Source: Dehalococcoidia bacterium
Lineage (GTDB): Bacteria > Chloroflexota > Dehalococcoidia > UBA6926
DNA: 64,000 nucleotides
Assembly: GCA_963666115.2 (NCBI GenBank)
Contig: CAXXET010000004.1
Coordinates: forward strand, 288,001 to 352,000
Reading direction: 5' to 3'
This document shows, in pieces, positions 54,409 to 63,499 of this stretch (the first letter of the stretch is position 1; each line of letters opens with the position of its first letter). A program made the translations under genes and the position numbers. A model generated the notes under the pieces. It was not told where the DNA came from, did not search any database, and worked only from the letters and a program-made list of their open reading frames with translations.

Positions 54409-56853
54409 CTATCTCAGCGCGTCGGCGGCGGCGAGTTCGCGGGTTTCTTCCTGGCCGATGCCGAGAATCTCGGTGAGGATGGCGTCCGTGTGTTCGTTGA
54501 GCATGGGGGCTCGGCGGAGTTCGCCTGCGTATTCGCCGTTGACTTGCCAGGGGACTTTGGCGGTGCGGCGCGGGCCTGCCTCCGGGTGGTCGATTGTGGC
54601 GAAGAAGTTTCGCGCTTGGGGGTGGGGGTGTTCGACTACTTCCAGCGGGTCGAGGATGGGGGCGGCGGAGACGCCGACGGCGGCGAGTTCATCGGCCATG
54701 GTGTATTTGTCTCGCGACTTTGTCCACGCGGCGATGATGTCATCGAGCGCGGCCTCGTTCTGCTTGCGGGATTCAGGGGTGGCAAAGCGGCTATCGTTGG
54801 CAAGGTCGTTGATGGCGCTGGACAAGCCAGTCCATTCGGAATCAGTGCGGGCGGTTATGGCAATCCATTGGTCGTCACCGTTGGCGGGGTAGATGTTGTG
54901 GGGGGCGTGGAGGGGGTGGTGGGAGCCATCGCGTTGGGGCGTGTAGCTGCCCGTGGCGCGGGCGACCATCGGCTCCGTGATGAGCGTCATGAGGGCTTCG
55001 GTCATTGCGACGTCGACATGATGCCCCATGCCGGTGCGGCGGCGGTCGTGGAGCGCGGTCAGCGTGGCCATGGCGGCGTAGGTGGCGGAGACGACGTCCG
55101 GGAAGTAGGAGCCGAGCAGCCGCTGGTGGCCGCCTGCGTAGCCGGTGACGTCCGTGAGGCCGCAGAAGGCGTTGATGATGCTGTGGAGGCCGCTGTAGTC
55201 CTTGAGGGGGCCGCTCCTGCCAAAGGCGGCGACAGACGTGTAGATGACACGGGGGTTGAGGGGGGCGATGTCTTCATAGCCGAGTCCCCACCGCTCCATG
55301 AGGCCGGTGGAGAAGTTCTCAAGCACGATGTCCGCGGACGCACACAGGCGGCGGGCAACGCCCCTGCCCTCTTCGGTCCGGAGGTTGATGGGGATGGCGC
55401 GCTTGCCCATGCTGAGCGTGTTGTAGGCGCCGGCGCGGTTCATGCCGGGAATCTCATTGGCGAACGGGGGCGAGTTGCGGAAATCGGCGGGGTTCTCACG
55501 GCTCTCAACCTGGATGACGTCCGCGCCGAGGGCGGCGAGCCACTTGGCGCAGTACGGGATGGCGATGTATTGGCCGAAGTCAATGACGCGGATGCCTTTC
55601 AGGGGGAGGGAGGGGGTGGGAGGATTCTTCGCTGCGCTCAGAATGACATCGTTTGCGTCAGTGGCATTGTTTGCGCCGTTGACTGATGTTGGCGCGGGGA
55701 CGGAACCATCGGCCTCCGGCTTGCCGGATTCGTTGCGGGGGTAGCCGGTGAGGATGAACGGCGCGCCGGTGAAAGGGACTTCCTGGCCGTCCTGCGTGGC
55801 AACCGCGCGGATGAAACGGCGCTCGCGGACGTGTTCGTGGGTCAGAACCTGGTCGAGGGTCGTGGACCAGAACGCGGGGATGTTGCGGGCTTGCAGCTCT
55901 TCTGTGATTTCCTTGCCGGTACGCTCCATCGTCCAGTTGGTCATCAGGACGCTGACGACGTCCCAGTTCATGGCGCGCTTCGTGCCATCGTCGAAGTCCT
56001 CCGTGTAGGCCCACTCCGGGCTGCCCATGACCTCGGCGAACTGCTCCCAGTGGCGGGCGCTCATGGCGACGATGACGATCCAGCCGTCCTTGCACTCGAT
56101 GTAGCAGTTGGGCTGGCGGGCAAGGATGTTGGGGCCGCGATCAAGCACACGCTCCAGGTATTCGCGCTGCAGAACGGGGTGGTAGTTGAGGGCGGTGACG
56201 GCCTCGAGTTCGGAGAGTTCGATGCGCGTGCCGGTGACGCCCGGCCCTGTTCCGTTGCCACTGCCGGATTCCGCGTAGAGCGTGGCGAGCGTGGCGACGA
56301 CGCCGACTGCGCCGGCCATGAGCGATGGGACGGACGCGCCGGTGGGCATGAGCGGCGGTTCATTGGGGAGATCATAGGTGGTGTCCGGCGGGCCGGGGGT
56401 GGTCCACGCCATGCCGCAGAGCGACCACGTTGCGAGATCGCTGGGCGGGAGGTTCGCAAGCGGGCCGTCCGCGCCGTAGGGCGTGAGAGAGACGACGGTC
56501 AGATGGGGGTAGCGGGCGTGGATGGCGTCCCAATCAAGGAAGGAGTTGTCACCGTCGAACAGGCCAACGTCCTCGATGAGGATGTCCTGCCCATCAAGGG
56601 CTGCGACCAGGGATTCCGGCGTGACGGTTTCGGCGTCAGTGTCAGAGCGGTGGGACTTGTTGGCGTTGAGGGAGCGGTGGAGCATGGGGTCCCATTCCGG
56701 CATTTCGCGTCCCTTGAGGCGGACGTAGAGGTTCCTCATGCGGCGGACGCGGTCGACGTCCGCGCCAAGCTCGCCGAGGAGGCGGGCGGCGTAGGCTCCG
56801 GCGAACGATGCGGTGACATCGACAACTCGCAGATGCGACAGCGGACCTGACAT
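54409..56853 (-). CDS. Tandem-fused class III (CaiB/BaiF) CoA-transferase; family A repeat in the interdomain linker
   Basis: Two domains: PLSHLRVVD..LGADV and PLKGIRVIDF..LGADVI; APMLNEHT; VILSAAKNP at 55623-55647. Confidence 0.92.
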   Translation of the reverse strand: MSGPLSHLRVVDVTASFAGAYAARLLGELGADVDRVRRMRNLYVRLKGREMPEWDPMLHRSLNANKSHRSDTDAETVTPESLVAALDGQDILIEDVGLFDGDNSFLDWDAIHARYPHLTVVSLTPYGADGPLANLPPSDLATWSLCGMAWTTPGPPDTTYDLPNEPPLMPTGASVPSLMAGAVGVVATLATLYAESGSGNGTGPGVTGTRIELSELEAVTALNYHPVLQREYLERVLDRGPNILARQPNCYIECKDGWIVIVAMSARHWEQFAEVMGSPEWAYTEDFDDGTKRAMNWDVVSVLMTNWTMERTGKEITEELQARNIPAFWSTTLDQVLTHEHVRERRFIRAVATQDGQEVPFTGAPFILTGYPRNESGKPEADGSVPAPTSVNGANNATDANDVILSAAKNPPTPSLPLKGIRVIDFGQYIAIPYCAKWLAALGADVIQVESRENPADFRNSPPFANEIPGMNRAGAYNTLSMGKRAIPINLRTEEGRGVARRLCASADIVLENFSTGLMERWGLGYEDIAPLNPRVIYTSVAAFGRSGPLKDYSGLHSIINAFCGLTDVTGYAGGHQRLLGSYFPDVVSATYAAMATLTALHDRRRTGMGHHVDVAMTEALMTLITEPMVARATGSYTPQRDGSHHPLHAPHNIYPANGDDQWIAITARTDSEWTGLSSAINDLANDSRFATPESRKQNEAALDDIIAAWTKSRDKYTMADELAAVGVSAAPILDPLEVVEHPHPQARNFFATIDHPEAGPRRTAKVPWQVNGEYAGELRRAPMLNEHTDAILTEILGIGQEETRELAAADALR

Positions 56854-56887
56854 AGCGCCCCCTTTGGCCGGTTGGTTACATCGCGGC

Positions 56888-58258
56888 CTACCCTACTGAA
56901 CGATAAATATAGCGTCCGTTGGCGGGGGATGCCACAATTTGGCCGTCCTGGGAGACGGTTTGGCCGCGGATGAGGGTGCGAATCGGCCAGCCGGTGTACT
57001 CCATGCCCTCGTAGATGGAGTAGTCGGCGCGGCCCTGCAGGCCGTCAATGGTGACGGTACGGGTTTCGTCGAGATCGATGATGGCGATGTCGGCGTCCGC
57101 GCCGACCTGGAGTGAGCCCTTTTGCGGCCACATGTTGAAGATCTGGGCGACGTTGGCGGATGTCACTTCCGCGACGCGCTCAAGAGGCAGGCCGCGCTCC
57201 AGGACGCCGTCATTGAGCAGGACGGGCAGTAGCATCGGCATGTTGGGCTGTCCCGGCGACGCGCTCCAGATTGTGCCCTGCTTGCGGTCGCCGAGGCGGG
57301 CGGCGTGGTCTGAGCCGATGGTATCGACGGTGCCGTCCGCGATGGCTTCCCACAGCGCATCCTGGTCATCGGGGCTGCGGAGGGGCGGGTTTTGCTTGCC
57401 AAATGTGCCGACGGGCGAGTCGTAGGTGTGGGAGAGGTAGTGGGGGCAGGTTTCGATGTAGACGCTGCCGCCCAGGGCGCGGAAATCACGCGCCGCCTCA
57501 AGCGTTTCGGCAGAGGTTGTATGCACGACGTATGGCGTGGAGCCGGTTTCGCGTCCAAAGAGCATGACGCGGACAGCGGCCTCGGCCTCCGTGAACGGCG
57601 GGCGCGACTCATGCCACGCCTTGAGGTCATCCCTGCCCGACTCTTCCAGGCGCTTGCGGATGGACCACACGACTTCGATGTTCTCCGTGTGGACGCAGAG
57701 GACGGTTCCGGGGCGCTGGCCGAGCTTTTCAAAGATCTCGTACATCAGGCCGTCGTCGATAGGGGGCAGGCCGATGTACGCGCCTTCTTCGCCGCGGAAG
57801 CTCATGAAGAACTTGAAGCTGGTGATGCCGAACTCGTCCACGTAGCGGTCGATTTCCGCCAGCTGCTCACGCGTGGAGATGATGGCGTGGAGGGCGTAGT
57901 CGATCAGGCTCTGGGAATCGCCCCACTCGCGGTACTGCTGGTATTCGGCCTCGTAGGGGTCGTTGGACATCAGGAAGTGGATGAGGGTTGTGATGCCGTG
58001 GAGGGCGGCGGCGCGGGTTTCGGTGTCAAAAGCGGTTGCGGCGTCGCCGAGGTTCAGGTGGGTGTGGGGATCGATGACGCCGGGGATGATGAATTTTCCG
58101 CGGGCGTCTATGAATTGCCTGGCGTCGACGTCAGCACCGGGGTCGAGGTGGGCGGCGATACGACCGTCCGTGATAGCGAGATCGATACGGCGCTGGCCGC
58201 CGCCGTAGGGGAGGACGACTTCGGCACCGTGTATGAGTGTGTCGAATGCGAATGGCAT
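56888..58258 (-). CDS. Cyclic amidohydrolase (dihydropyrimidinase/allantoinase/dihydroorotase family)
   Basis: PGVIDPHTH, SFKFFM, VHTEN, ETCPHYL, NPPLR, GSDH, GADADI. Confidence 0.9.
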   Translation of the reverse strand: MPFAFDTLIHGAEVVLPYGGGQRRIDLAITDGRIAAHLDPGADVDARQFIDARGKFIIPGVIDPHTHLNLGDAATAFDTETRAAALHGITTLIHFLMSNDPYEAEYQQYREWGDSQSLIDYALHAIISTREQLAEIDRYVDEFGITSFKFFMSFRGEEGAYIGLPPIDDGLMYEIFEKLGQRPGTVLCVHTENIEVVWSIRKRLEESGRDDLKAWHESRPPFTEAEAAVRVMLFGRETGSTPYVVHTTSAETLEAARDFRALGGSVYIETCPHYLSHTYDSPVGTFGKQNPPLRSPDDQDALWEAIADGTVDTIGSDHAARLGDRKQGTIWSASPGQPNMPMLLPVLLNDGVLERGLPLERVAEVTSANVAQIFNMWPQKGSLQVGADADIAIIDLDETRTVTIDGLQGRADYSIYEGMEYTGWPIRTLIRGQTVSQDGQIVASPANGRYIYRSVG

Positions 58259-58332
58259 AAAGACTCTCCGTTTGTCTTGTCCCGTTCGGGTGGCGTTAGA
58301 GGAATGATAGCGGTTTGCGGAGAGTCAGGGGG

Positions 58333-59043
58333 TTACGGCACGTCCATGTTTTTGAGGCGGTGGAGGGTTAGGAGGGCGAAGAGGACGAGGACGATGGCTG
58401 CGCCGACCAGGGCGGCGACGCCGTCGATTGAATTGGGCGTGAATATCTCGCCGTCGCTGGCCCATTCCATGACGGAGAGGGTGTAGCCGTTGATGCTGAG
58501 ATACTTGACGCCGGCGAGAATGTTTGAGGCAACGCCCTCCCACACGAATACGTACACGATGGCGAACGCGAGAGCCTGGCCGGTGACGAGTCCAAGCCAC
58601 GTGAAGATGGCGGAATAGCCGATGACGCCAATGGCGATGCCGAGAAGGAACGCGAGGAATGTCGTGCTCGCGGCGTCATAGACAAGCCAGCCGGTGACTA
58701 CCGCAGACACGCCCACCAGCGCGCCGCTCACGATTATGACGCCAACCAGCTTGGCGACCACGATCTCCCACCGCCCAATGGGCTTCATGGTGAGAAAGCC
58801 GAGTGTGCGATCCTCCACCTCATTGCCAAATGCCGGGGTGGCGGTGATAGCGACGGTCAGGGGCAGGACGATGGCAACGACGACCGCGCCGATGAACTCC
58901 TCTTCCGTCGCGGTGGTATCCGCATCGGACAACGCGCGAATCAGGAGCGTCACCCCTGCCGGAAGCAGGGCGAGCGCCAACAGGATGATCACCCGGCGAA
59001 GCCCGGTCACCTGCCGCAGCGTGAGCAAGAAGACCTGCATCAT
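58333..59043 (-). CDS. ABC-2 type transporter permease
   Basis: EVEDRTLGFL..KPIGRWEIVVAK; 6 TM. Confidence 0.85.
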   Translation of the reverse strand: MMQVFLLTLRQVTGLRRVIILLALALLPAGVTLLIRALSDADTTATEEEFIGAVVVAIVLPLTVAITATPAFGNEVEDRTLGFLTMKPIGRWEIVVAKLVGVIIVSGALVGVSAVVTGWLVYDAASTTFLAFLLGIAIGVIGYSAIFTWLGLVTGQALAFAIVYVFVWEGVASNILAGVKYLSINGYTLSVMEWASDGEIFTPNSIDGVAALVGAAIVLVLFALLTLHRLKNMDVP

Positions 59044-59060
59044 GTGTCTGTCCGCCTCGT

Positions 59061-59996
59061 TTACCGCGCCACCACGTAGGAGAAGACGCTTTCCAGCGAT
59101 TCGTCGGTGGGTTCCACGCTGAATAGGGTCACGCCGCTGTCTTTGGCGGCGCGGGGCAGGAGCGACTGGAGGGCGACAATGTCCCGCGTCGTGATCATCA
59201 CCGCGTCGTCCGGCTCCACCTTGACCGAGTCCACGGACTCATCGGCAAAGAGGGCGCCGGCCAATTGACGCGAGTCGCTTGCGCGGATCCGGATTTCATA
59301 GGGCCGCTCATCCAGCTTGGCGCGAATGGCGTGGAAGTTGCCGGAGGCGGCCAGGCGGCCGGCGACCATCAGGAGGATGGTGTCCGCGAGTTCCTCCACT
59401 TCTTCGAGGATGTGGGATGAGACGACGACAGCGCGGCCTTCCGCTGCCAGCCGGTGCGCCATGTCCTGGAACTCCAGTCGCTGGCGCGGGTCCGTGCCGT
59501 TCAACGGCTCATCCAGAACCAGGATGGGCGGGTCATGGACGAGGGTGGCAGCGAGGCGCATCCGCTGCCTCATGCCGCGCGAATAGGTGGCGAGCTTGCG
59601 GTCTTGCGCATCCAGCAGATTGACCGTGCTGATGGCCTTTTCGACGGCTTCATCCACGTTCGGGACCTTTTGAAGCTTCGCGTTCAGGGCCACGAATTGC
59701 CGGCCGGTGAGTTGATCATAGACGGACTGGTGCTCCGTCATCACGCCGATGCTCCGATACAGAGCCACGCTGCCGCGCACCGGCTGCCCCATGATCAGGA
59801 TTTCCCCTCGGGAAACGGCAGAGAGTCCGGCGATCATGTGGAGGAGCGTCGTCTTGCCCGCGCCGTTGGGGCCCAGGAGGCCGGTGACGCCGGGGCCGAT
59901 GTCCAACGAGACCTCGTTGACGGCGACAAGGTTGCCGAACCACTTGGACACGCCGCGCACGGAGATCATCGGCTCCTGGGGAGATGTCGTCGTCAT
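59061..59996 (-). CDS. ABC transporter ATP-binding protein
   Basis: GPNGAGKT, YSRGMRQR, VLDEP, SSHIL. Confidence 0.93.
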   Translation of the reverse strand: MTTTSPQEPMISVRGVSKWFGNLVAVNEVSLDIGPGVTGLLGPNGAGKTTLLHMIAGLSAVSRGEILIMGQPVRGSVALYRSIGVMTEHQSVYDQLTGRQFVALNAKLQKVPNVDEAVEKAISTVNLLDAQDRKLATYSRGMRQRMRLAATLVHDPPILVLDEPLNGTDPRQRLEFQDMAHRLAAEGRAVVVSSHILEEVEELADTILLMVAGRLAASGNFHAIRAKLDERPYEIRIRASDSRQLAGALFADESVDSVKVEPDDAVMITTRDIVALQSLLPRAAKDSGVTLFSVEPTDESLESVFSYVVAR

Positions 59997-61072
59997 TGCG
60001 TGAACCCCCGATAGCGCCACCACAGGATTCCGACGGGAATGAGCACGAGCGCGGCATACACGCCGGCCACGCCGATGACGGGCAGGTCTCTAATAAGCGG
60101 CGTCCAGAAGTCGCCCTGTTGAATCTCAGCTGACCGGTCCGAATCAAACATCCAGTCGATGAGGATGGTCACGGCGGAGTCGGGCGCTAACAACAGCAGC
60201 CATCCCGCGGCGTCGCCCGCGAGAGCGGTGCATTCCTGCGTGACGGTCACGCCCTCAGGAGCGTTGAGCTCCGCCAATTCGGATTCCGTGAGGCCCGGAC
60301 TTCCGAACTCGGTACTCGTTATTGTCCCCGTCACAACCATCTCTTCCGTCGCGGGGTCACGCTCCCGGGTAGTCGTCACCGTCTCGCATGTGGGAGACGC
60401 AAAGATGCCCGGGACGACGTTCAGCAGCAAGATGCAGGTGATCAGGGTAGCGGCCACGTAGACACGCCGGGCGAAGAACGTGGAGAGCGCCAAGGGAATG
60501 GTCGTGATGAAGAGGGCAATCATCGCGACGGCGACGATGCTGAGGGGGATGTCGGTCCACTCGTCGCGGAAGCGTTCGGCGGGGTCAGTCGACCCGATAT
60601 AGGAGACGCCAATCATGACGGCGAGGCCAATACAGATGAGGATGAAAACTGCGCTGACGAATGCCAGCCACCGCATGGTCACGTAATCGAAGATGCCCAG
60701 GGGCCGCACGAGGTAGAGGGAGAGGACGTTTTCGCGGCGGTCAGGGATCAGGAGTTCCGGCGCGCTGATAGACGCGAGCAGGAACAGGAGGAGGATGATC
60801 CCGCCGAAGTATTGCTGGACGGGCGGGAGGTTCACTTCTCCGCCGCCGCTGAACGCGACTGGGATGACGACCAGGATCAGGGCCATGCCGACAGTGACGA
60901 CACCCATGAGGGCGGGGAGCACCTTCGCGCGTCCGCCGCGGCCAATGCCGAAGACCTGCCGCACGCCGTTGACGTACAAGGCCAGCAGGGCATTGGCCCG
61001 CCCGGCGCGCGGGCCGTCGTACGGCTGGTAGCCGATGTCAAAGAGTTCGCCGGTTTGCTGCTGCTCGGTCAT
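59993..61072 (-). CDS. ABC-2 type transporter permease
   Basis: APELLIPDRRENVLSLYLVRP; multiple TM. Confidence 0.85.
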   Translation of the reverse strand: MTEQQQTGELFDIGYQPYDGPRAGRANALLALYVNGVRQVFGIGRGGRAKVLPALMGVVTVGMALILVVIPVAFSGGGEVNLPPVQQYFGGIILLLFLLASISAPELLIPDRRENVLSLYLVRPLGIFDYVTMRWLAFVSAVFILICIGLAVMIGVSYIGSTDPAERFRDEWTDIPLSIVAVAMIALFITTIPLALSTFFARRVYVAATLITCILLLNVVPGIFASPTCETVTTTRERDPATEEMVVTGTITSTEFGSPGLTESELAELNAPEGVTVTQECTALAGDAAGWLLLLAPDSAVTILIDWMFDSDRSAEIQQGDFWTPLIRDLPVIGVAGVYAALVLIPVGILWWRYRGFTQ

Positions 61073-61755
61073 GCGGTGGCATCCCCGTTTTCGCCACGGA
61101 ATATCTCGGTCAACATACGGCGGCGCGGGGCCATGCGCCGGATGGGCGCGCCGATCTCCAACACCGCGTCCAGCACAGTGTCATTGTGCAGGTTCGGCTC
61201 ATCCTGCGGCACCAGCACGGAACTGCCCTCTATGGTGGCGGTGATGCCGCGCGCGGCCAATGCGGCCACGAGCGCTTCCTGGTTGGGTCCGACGTCCACC
61301 GCCAGGGTCTGCGTGTCTCCCGTGAATCCCTCGACGGAGCCTTCACGCGCAACCCGGCCGCCCTCAAGGACGATGATGTTTTCGCAAGTACGCTCAACCT
61401 CGCCCATGAGGTGGGAGGAGAACACGACGCTGATGCCGAAATCCGTGCCGGTGCGCCGAACAAGGGAGAGCATATCGTCGCGGCTTTCCGGATCGAGGCC
61501 GGCGGTCGGCTCATCGAGCAGGATCAGCCTGGGGTCGTGGACAAGAGCCTGGGCGAGCTTGGCGCGCTGCTTCATGCCGGTGGAGTATTCGCCCATGCTT
61601 CGGAATCGCTCCTCGTGCATTCCGACGTGGCGGAGAGTATCGGATGCGCGTGAGCGGGCTTCGCCGGGCGGGAGGCCACTCACGCTATCGAGGGCAAGAA
61701 CCCTGCCGTAACGCTTGGTCAGGTTGGTCGCTTCGAGGAGGGGGGCTGTTTCCAT
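61069..61755 (-). pseudogene. ABC ATP-binding protein with an in-frame deletion of the Walker A/Q-loop region
   Basis: KRYGRVLALDSVS joins directly to GLPPGEAR; signature YSTGMKQR, Walker B LLDEP and H-loop present, GxxGxGKT absent. Confidence 0.7.
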
Positions 61756-61762
61756 GAAAGCA

Positions 61763-61806
61763 GGATAGCGGATTCGGATTGTCAAGCCAATCCGAATCCG
61801 CTATCC
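61763..61806. terminator. 19-bp perfect inverted repeat (terminator of the upstream gene or operator)
   Basis: GGATAGCGGATTCGGATTG-tcaagc-CAATCCGAATCCGCTATCC. Confidence 0.55.
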
Positions 61807-61833
61807 GCACAAAATGATTATGACCATGCGTTC

Positions 61834-62700
61834 TTAAAGAGTTTCCTCTTCAAGCTGCTGCCAGTCCGAGAGGCCGAGGATTTCGTTGCGGGCGGGGAGG
61901 GGCATGACTCGGTCAAGGAGGTTGGCGTTGCCACCCTGCCCCTTCAGCGCGTCGAGGCTGTCGGCGACGGCTTTGGCGGCTGCGCCGATGGCGAGGCCCG
62001 AATAGCCGATGAGTGTGTAGCCCATCTCAGCGAGATCGGCGGCGGGCAGGAGCGGAGTCTTGCCGCCTTCTGTGAGAACGACCATGAGCGTGCCTTTGCC
62101 CACGAGTTTGGGGAATTGTTCAAGCTCGTCGCTAGTTCCGGGGCCGGCGAGAAAGGCCATATCTGCTCCGGTGTCAAGGTAGGCGCGGGCGCGTTTCGCT
62201 GCGCCCTCTACGCCCTCGGTTTCGACGGCGTCCGTGCGAGCGATGACGACGAAATCGGGGCTGCGCCTTGCGCCCAGGGCGGCGCGGAGCTTGCCCAGCA
62301 TGGCGTCTGTCGAGACCACGCGGGTTCCGGCAAGGTGGGCGCAGCGTTTCGGGTCTTCCTGGTCTTCCATGAAGAGACCGGCCAGGCCCGCGTCCTCCAT
62401 GGCGCGGACGGTGTGAGCGGCCTGCAACGGGCCGCCGTAGCCGGTATCGGCATCGGCGATGACAGGGATATTCACGGCAGCAGCGATGCGGCGGGCCTGC
62501 CCCACCACGTCCTCACGTGAGAGAAGCCCGACGTCCGGCAGGCCGAATGCGGACGCAGCGACGGATGAGCCGCTGATGCCGGCGGCGGGGAAACCAGCCG
62601 CCTCGATGAGTTTGGCGGAGAAGGCATCGTAGGCGAAGGGGACGACGAGGGGGGCGGGGGCAGCCAAGAGTTGGCGGAGGGAGTTTGGTTTGGTAGTCAT
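61834..62700 (-). CDS. Isocitrate lyase/PEP mutase family enzyme (PrpB-like)
   Basis: AYDAFSA, GLPDVG, ADADTGYG, EDQEDPKRCAH, IARTDA. Confidence 0.9.
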   Translation of the reverse strand: MTTKPNSLRQLLAAPAPLVVPFAYDAFSAKLIEAAGFPAAGISGSSVAASAFGLPDVGLLSREDVVGQARRIAAAVNIPVIADADTGYGGPLQAAHTVRAMEDAGLAGLFMEDQEDPKRCAHLAGTRVVSTDAMLGKLRAALGARRSPDFVVIARTDAVETEGVEGAAKRARAYLDTGADMAFLAGPGTSDELEQFPKLVGKGTLMVVLTEGGKTPLLPAADLAEMGYTLIGYSGLAIGAAAKAVADSLDALKGQGGNANLLDRVMPLPARNEILGLSDWQQLEEETL

Positions 62701-62706
62701 GGTTTA

Positions 62707-62749
62707 GGTTCCCGCTTTCGCGGGAATGACGGATGGGGGCGGGAATGAC
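62707..62749 (+). repeat. Family B palindrome plus partial tandem copy
   Basis: GGTTCCCGCTTTCGCGGGAATGAC...GCGGGAATGAC. Confidence 0.85.
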
Positions 62750-62771
62750 GAATGGGTATTGTCGTCATGAC

Positions 62772-63491
62772 TTAGGTTTGGGCGCGGGCTGGGACGGCTT
62801 CGAGGATGGGTTGGAGTTCGTCCAGGGGCATGACGTCTGCGTATTTCTGGGCGATGTCGAAGAGGTTGATGGCGTGGGACGCTTGGCCCCGATCCCATAC
62901 GCAGTCCTCGGGAACGACGCAGCGGAAGCCGTAGCTCATGCCATCGACGACGGTGCCGCGCACGCAGCCGCTCGTGGTGCAGCCGACGACGATCAGGGTA
63001 TCCGCGCCGGCGGCGACAAGCTGGGTGACGAGGTTGGTGCCGAAGAAGATGGAGGGGAATCGCTTGTAGATGATGACGTCTCCCGGCTCCGGCGTGAGCG
63101 GCTCCACGATCTGCGCGCCGCGGCTGCCGGGCAGGTTGTAGTCAGCGGAGAGGGACGGAATTTTGTCCGTGTAGCGCGCGCCCTCCTGTACGCCGGTGCG
63201 CTCACCCTGCGCGTACATGACCGGCCAGCCCTTGCCGCGGAATGTCTTGACGAGCTGCTCGATGCGCTCCACGGCGCGCCACGCATCCTCACCGACGGCG
63301 GTGGCGTACTGCTTCATGGCCTCCTGGATGGGAACGGGGCCTTCGCCGGTGGTGCGGTATTGGGCGTCGATGATGAGCAAAGCGGGGCGTTCGCCGACGC
63401 CGACGCTCGCGCCGAAGCCGGATTGGGCATAGATTTCACGGTCACGGTCGCTGATAAAGGCGTCCCAGGGGCGGGCGGTTTTGGTTGTCAT
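62772..63491 (-). CDS. Isochorismatase-family amidohydrolase (maleamate/N-carbamoylsarcosine amidase-like)
   Basis: RPALLIID, KRFPSIFFGT, GCTTSGCVRGT. Confidence 0.88.
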   Translation of the reverse strand: MTTKTARPWDAFISDRDREIYAQSGFGASVGVGERPALLIIDAQYRTTGEGPVPIQEAMKQYATAVGEDAWRAVERIEQLVKTFRGKGWPVMYAQGERTGVQEGARYTDKIPSLSADYNLPGSRGAQIVEPLTPEPGDVIIYKRFPSIFFGTNLVTQLVAAGADTLIVVGCTTSGCVRGTVVDGMSYGFRCVVPEDCVWDRGQASHAINLFDIAQKYADVMPLDELQPILEAVPARAQT

Positions 63492-63499
63492 GGTGTTCT

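Noticed and set aside
61762-61785. TTGACA...TATCCT as a complete sigma70 promoter on the minus strand
   Set aside because: The spacer is only 12 nt; only the -10 element is retained as plausible
2093-62749. Recurring 24-25-nt palindromes as a CRISPR array
   Set aside because: Copies are dispersed with no regular repeat-spacer period and no cas genes
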